From NCBI GenBank assembly GCA_963758525.1, contig CAVWVQ010000003.1:3936001-4000000 (forward strand): 64,000 nucleotides of DNA, written 5' to 3'. Position numbers and translations under genes: made by a program. This DNA is from an uncultured Phycisphaerales bacterium (GTDB lineage Bacteria > Planctomycetota > Phycisphaerae > Tepidisphaerales > Tepidisphaeraceae). This document shows, one piece after another, positions 62,633 through 64,000 of this stretch (position 1 is the first letter of the stretch; every line of letters starts with the position of its first letter). The notes under the pieces were generated by a model. That model saw only the letters and a list, made by a program, of their open reading frames with translations, ran no database searches and was not told where the DNA came from.

Positions 62633-64000
62633 ATGCCGACTCCCGCACTACTGCTGTTGATCGCAACCCTGCTGCCGCTGGTCGGCTTTGGCGTGTTGAT
62701 CTTTGCTGGAAAACGGATCGGCAATCCCCTCGCCGGCTGGTTGGCGACGTTTCTCATTAGCCTCAGTTTCATCTGCACGATTGCGGCCATGGTAAGTTGG
62801 TTTCAGGCCGACGTGGGTCACTATCAGGGCAGCGAATGGGGTGAGGGGGCCGGGCCGATCAATATCCCGCTCAGATGGATTCCCATCGGTCTGTCGACAC
62901 ATCGGAGCGGTATCACGCAGGACCACCCGGGCTATCTGGATCTGGGTCTGTATGTCGACAGCCTGACGCTCGCCATGTTCGCGATGATCACGCTCGTTGC
63001 GGTGCTCGTCCATGTGTTCGGCATCGGCTGCATGCGCGAGGATGTACGCTTCGAGCGATTCTTCGCCTATCTGTCTCTGCTCTGCTTTTCGATGCTCGCG
63101 TTGGTGCTGGGCGGGACGCTTCTGCATATCCTGCTCTGCTGGGAACTGGTCGGATTGTGCTCCTTCCTGCTGGTCGGATTCTGGCACGAATCGCGTGCCG
63201 CGTGCGCCGCGGCTGTAAAGACCGCGGTCTTCAATCGGTTTGGGCACTGCGGTTTCCTGATCGGATTCGGCATACTCTTTTTTCACATGGGAAATGCGTC
63301 ACTGCCCGTTCTCTGGACCTATCTGGGCAGCGCGGGCGAGGGTCATTCGATCATCCTTCCCGGCGGGTTCGAATTCGGCGCCAGAGCCCTGACTCTCGCG
63401 GGCGTCGGCCTGTTCGTGGGCGCTGATTGCCGCGAGCGCGCAGTTCCCGCTGCAAGCGTGGCTGGCGGAGGCCGCCGAAGCCCCCACGCCGGCAAGTGCG
63501 TTGCTCCAGTCTGCCACGACGGTGGCTGCCGGCGTGTATTTCGTCGGACGGATTTTTCCCATTCTCACCCCCGATGCCAAGCTCTTTATCGCAATCATCG
63601 GGCTGATCACGCTGACGATGTCGGCGCTGATCGCGGCCGTGCAGAGCAACCTCAAACGGCTCCTGGCGTATTCCGCCATCTCGCAGGTGGGATACATGAT
63701 GTTCGCCCTGGGCATCGGGAGTTGGGTGGGGGGGCTGTTCCACCTGATCACGCATGCTTTTTTCATGGCATTATTGGTTCTCGCCGCCGGCAGCGTGATT
63801 CACGCGGCCGGCAATGAGCAGGACCTGACGCGGTTCGGCGGGCTGTGGCGCAAAATGCCGATGACCGCGCTGATGTTTGGCATTGGCGTGCTTGCGATCG
63901 CCGGAACTCCCTACCTGTCAGGCTGGGTCAGCAAGTGGATCATTCTGACGGATGCTGCTGCGTTTGCCTCGGTTGCCGGTCAACGCAACTTCAACTACGC
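62633..64000 (+). CDS. NuoL/MrpA-like antiporter-type subunit, divergent, partial (indel near 63420; runs off the window)
   Basis: WELVGLCSFLLVGFW, SAQFPLQAWL...PTPASAL, KRLLAYS..SQVGYM, HLITHAFF, GSVIH. Confidence 0.88.

Overview
GC-rich chromosomal segment, most likely from a planctomycete (Phycisphaerae-like), judging by the DUF2617 protein, the PVC-type CxxCH heme protein, an LExRxLLS-type surface protein and the recO-bamD-lptE order. About 1-38.5 kb and 58-64 kb are mostly core genes: fliM, proA, cdaR/cdaA, folP, ftsH, lptE/bamD/recO, tRNA-Lys, argF/argB, DUF58/BatA, sat, rho, bcp, an asparaginase and a nuoL-like gene. Many genes carry single indels that look like long-read errors. About 38.9-57.7 kb is an AT-richer accessory, defence-type island. 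It holds decayed toxin-antitoxin modules, a GIY-YIG nuclease, a complete IS1202-family element with a 16-bp target duplication, an IS66 remnant, a DUF6878/DUF6915-like pair and an Hhe-like DUF4011 helicase-nuclease with in-frame palindromic-repeat insertions. The best candidate for an undescribed system is a tight three-gene operon at 47396-45059: two different nucleoside-deoxyribosyltransferase (NDT)-like enzymes followed by an unrecognised ~300-aa domain fused to a Cap12/PycTIR-type TIR domain. This looks like a nucleotide-signalling anti-phage system. Other notable items are a NuoL paralogue missing key proton-pumping residues, a Rho with a degenerate RNA-binding site, an atypical response regulator and several families of intergenic repeats. 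All family assignments come from reading motifs by eye; no database searches were run.
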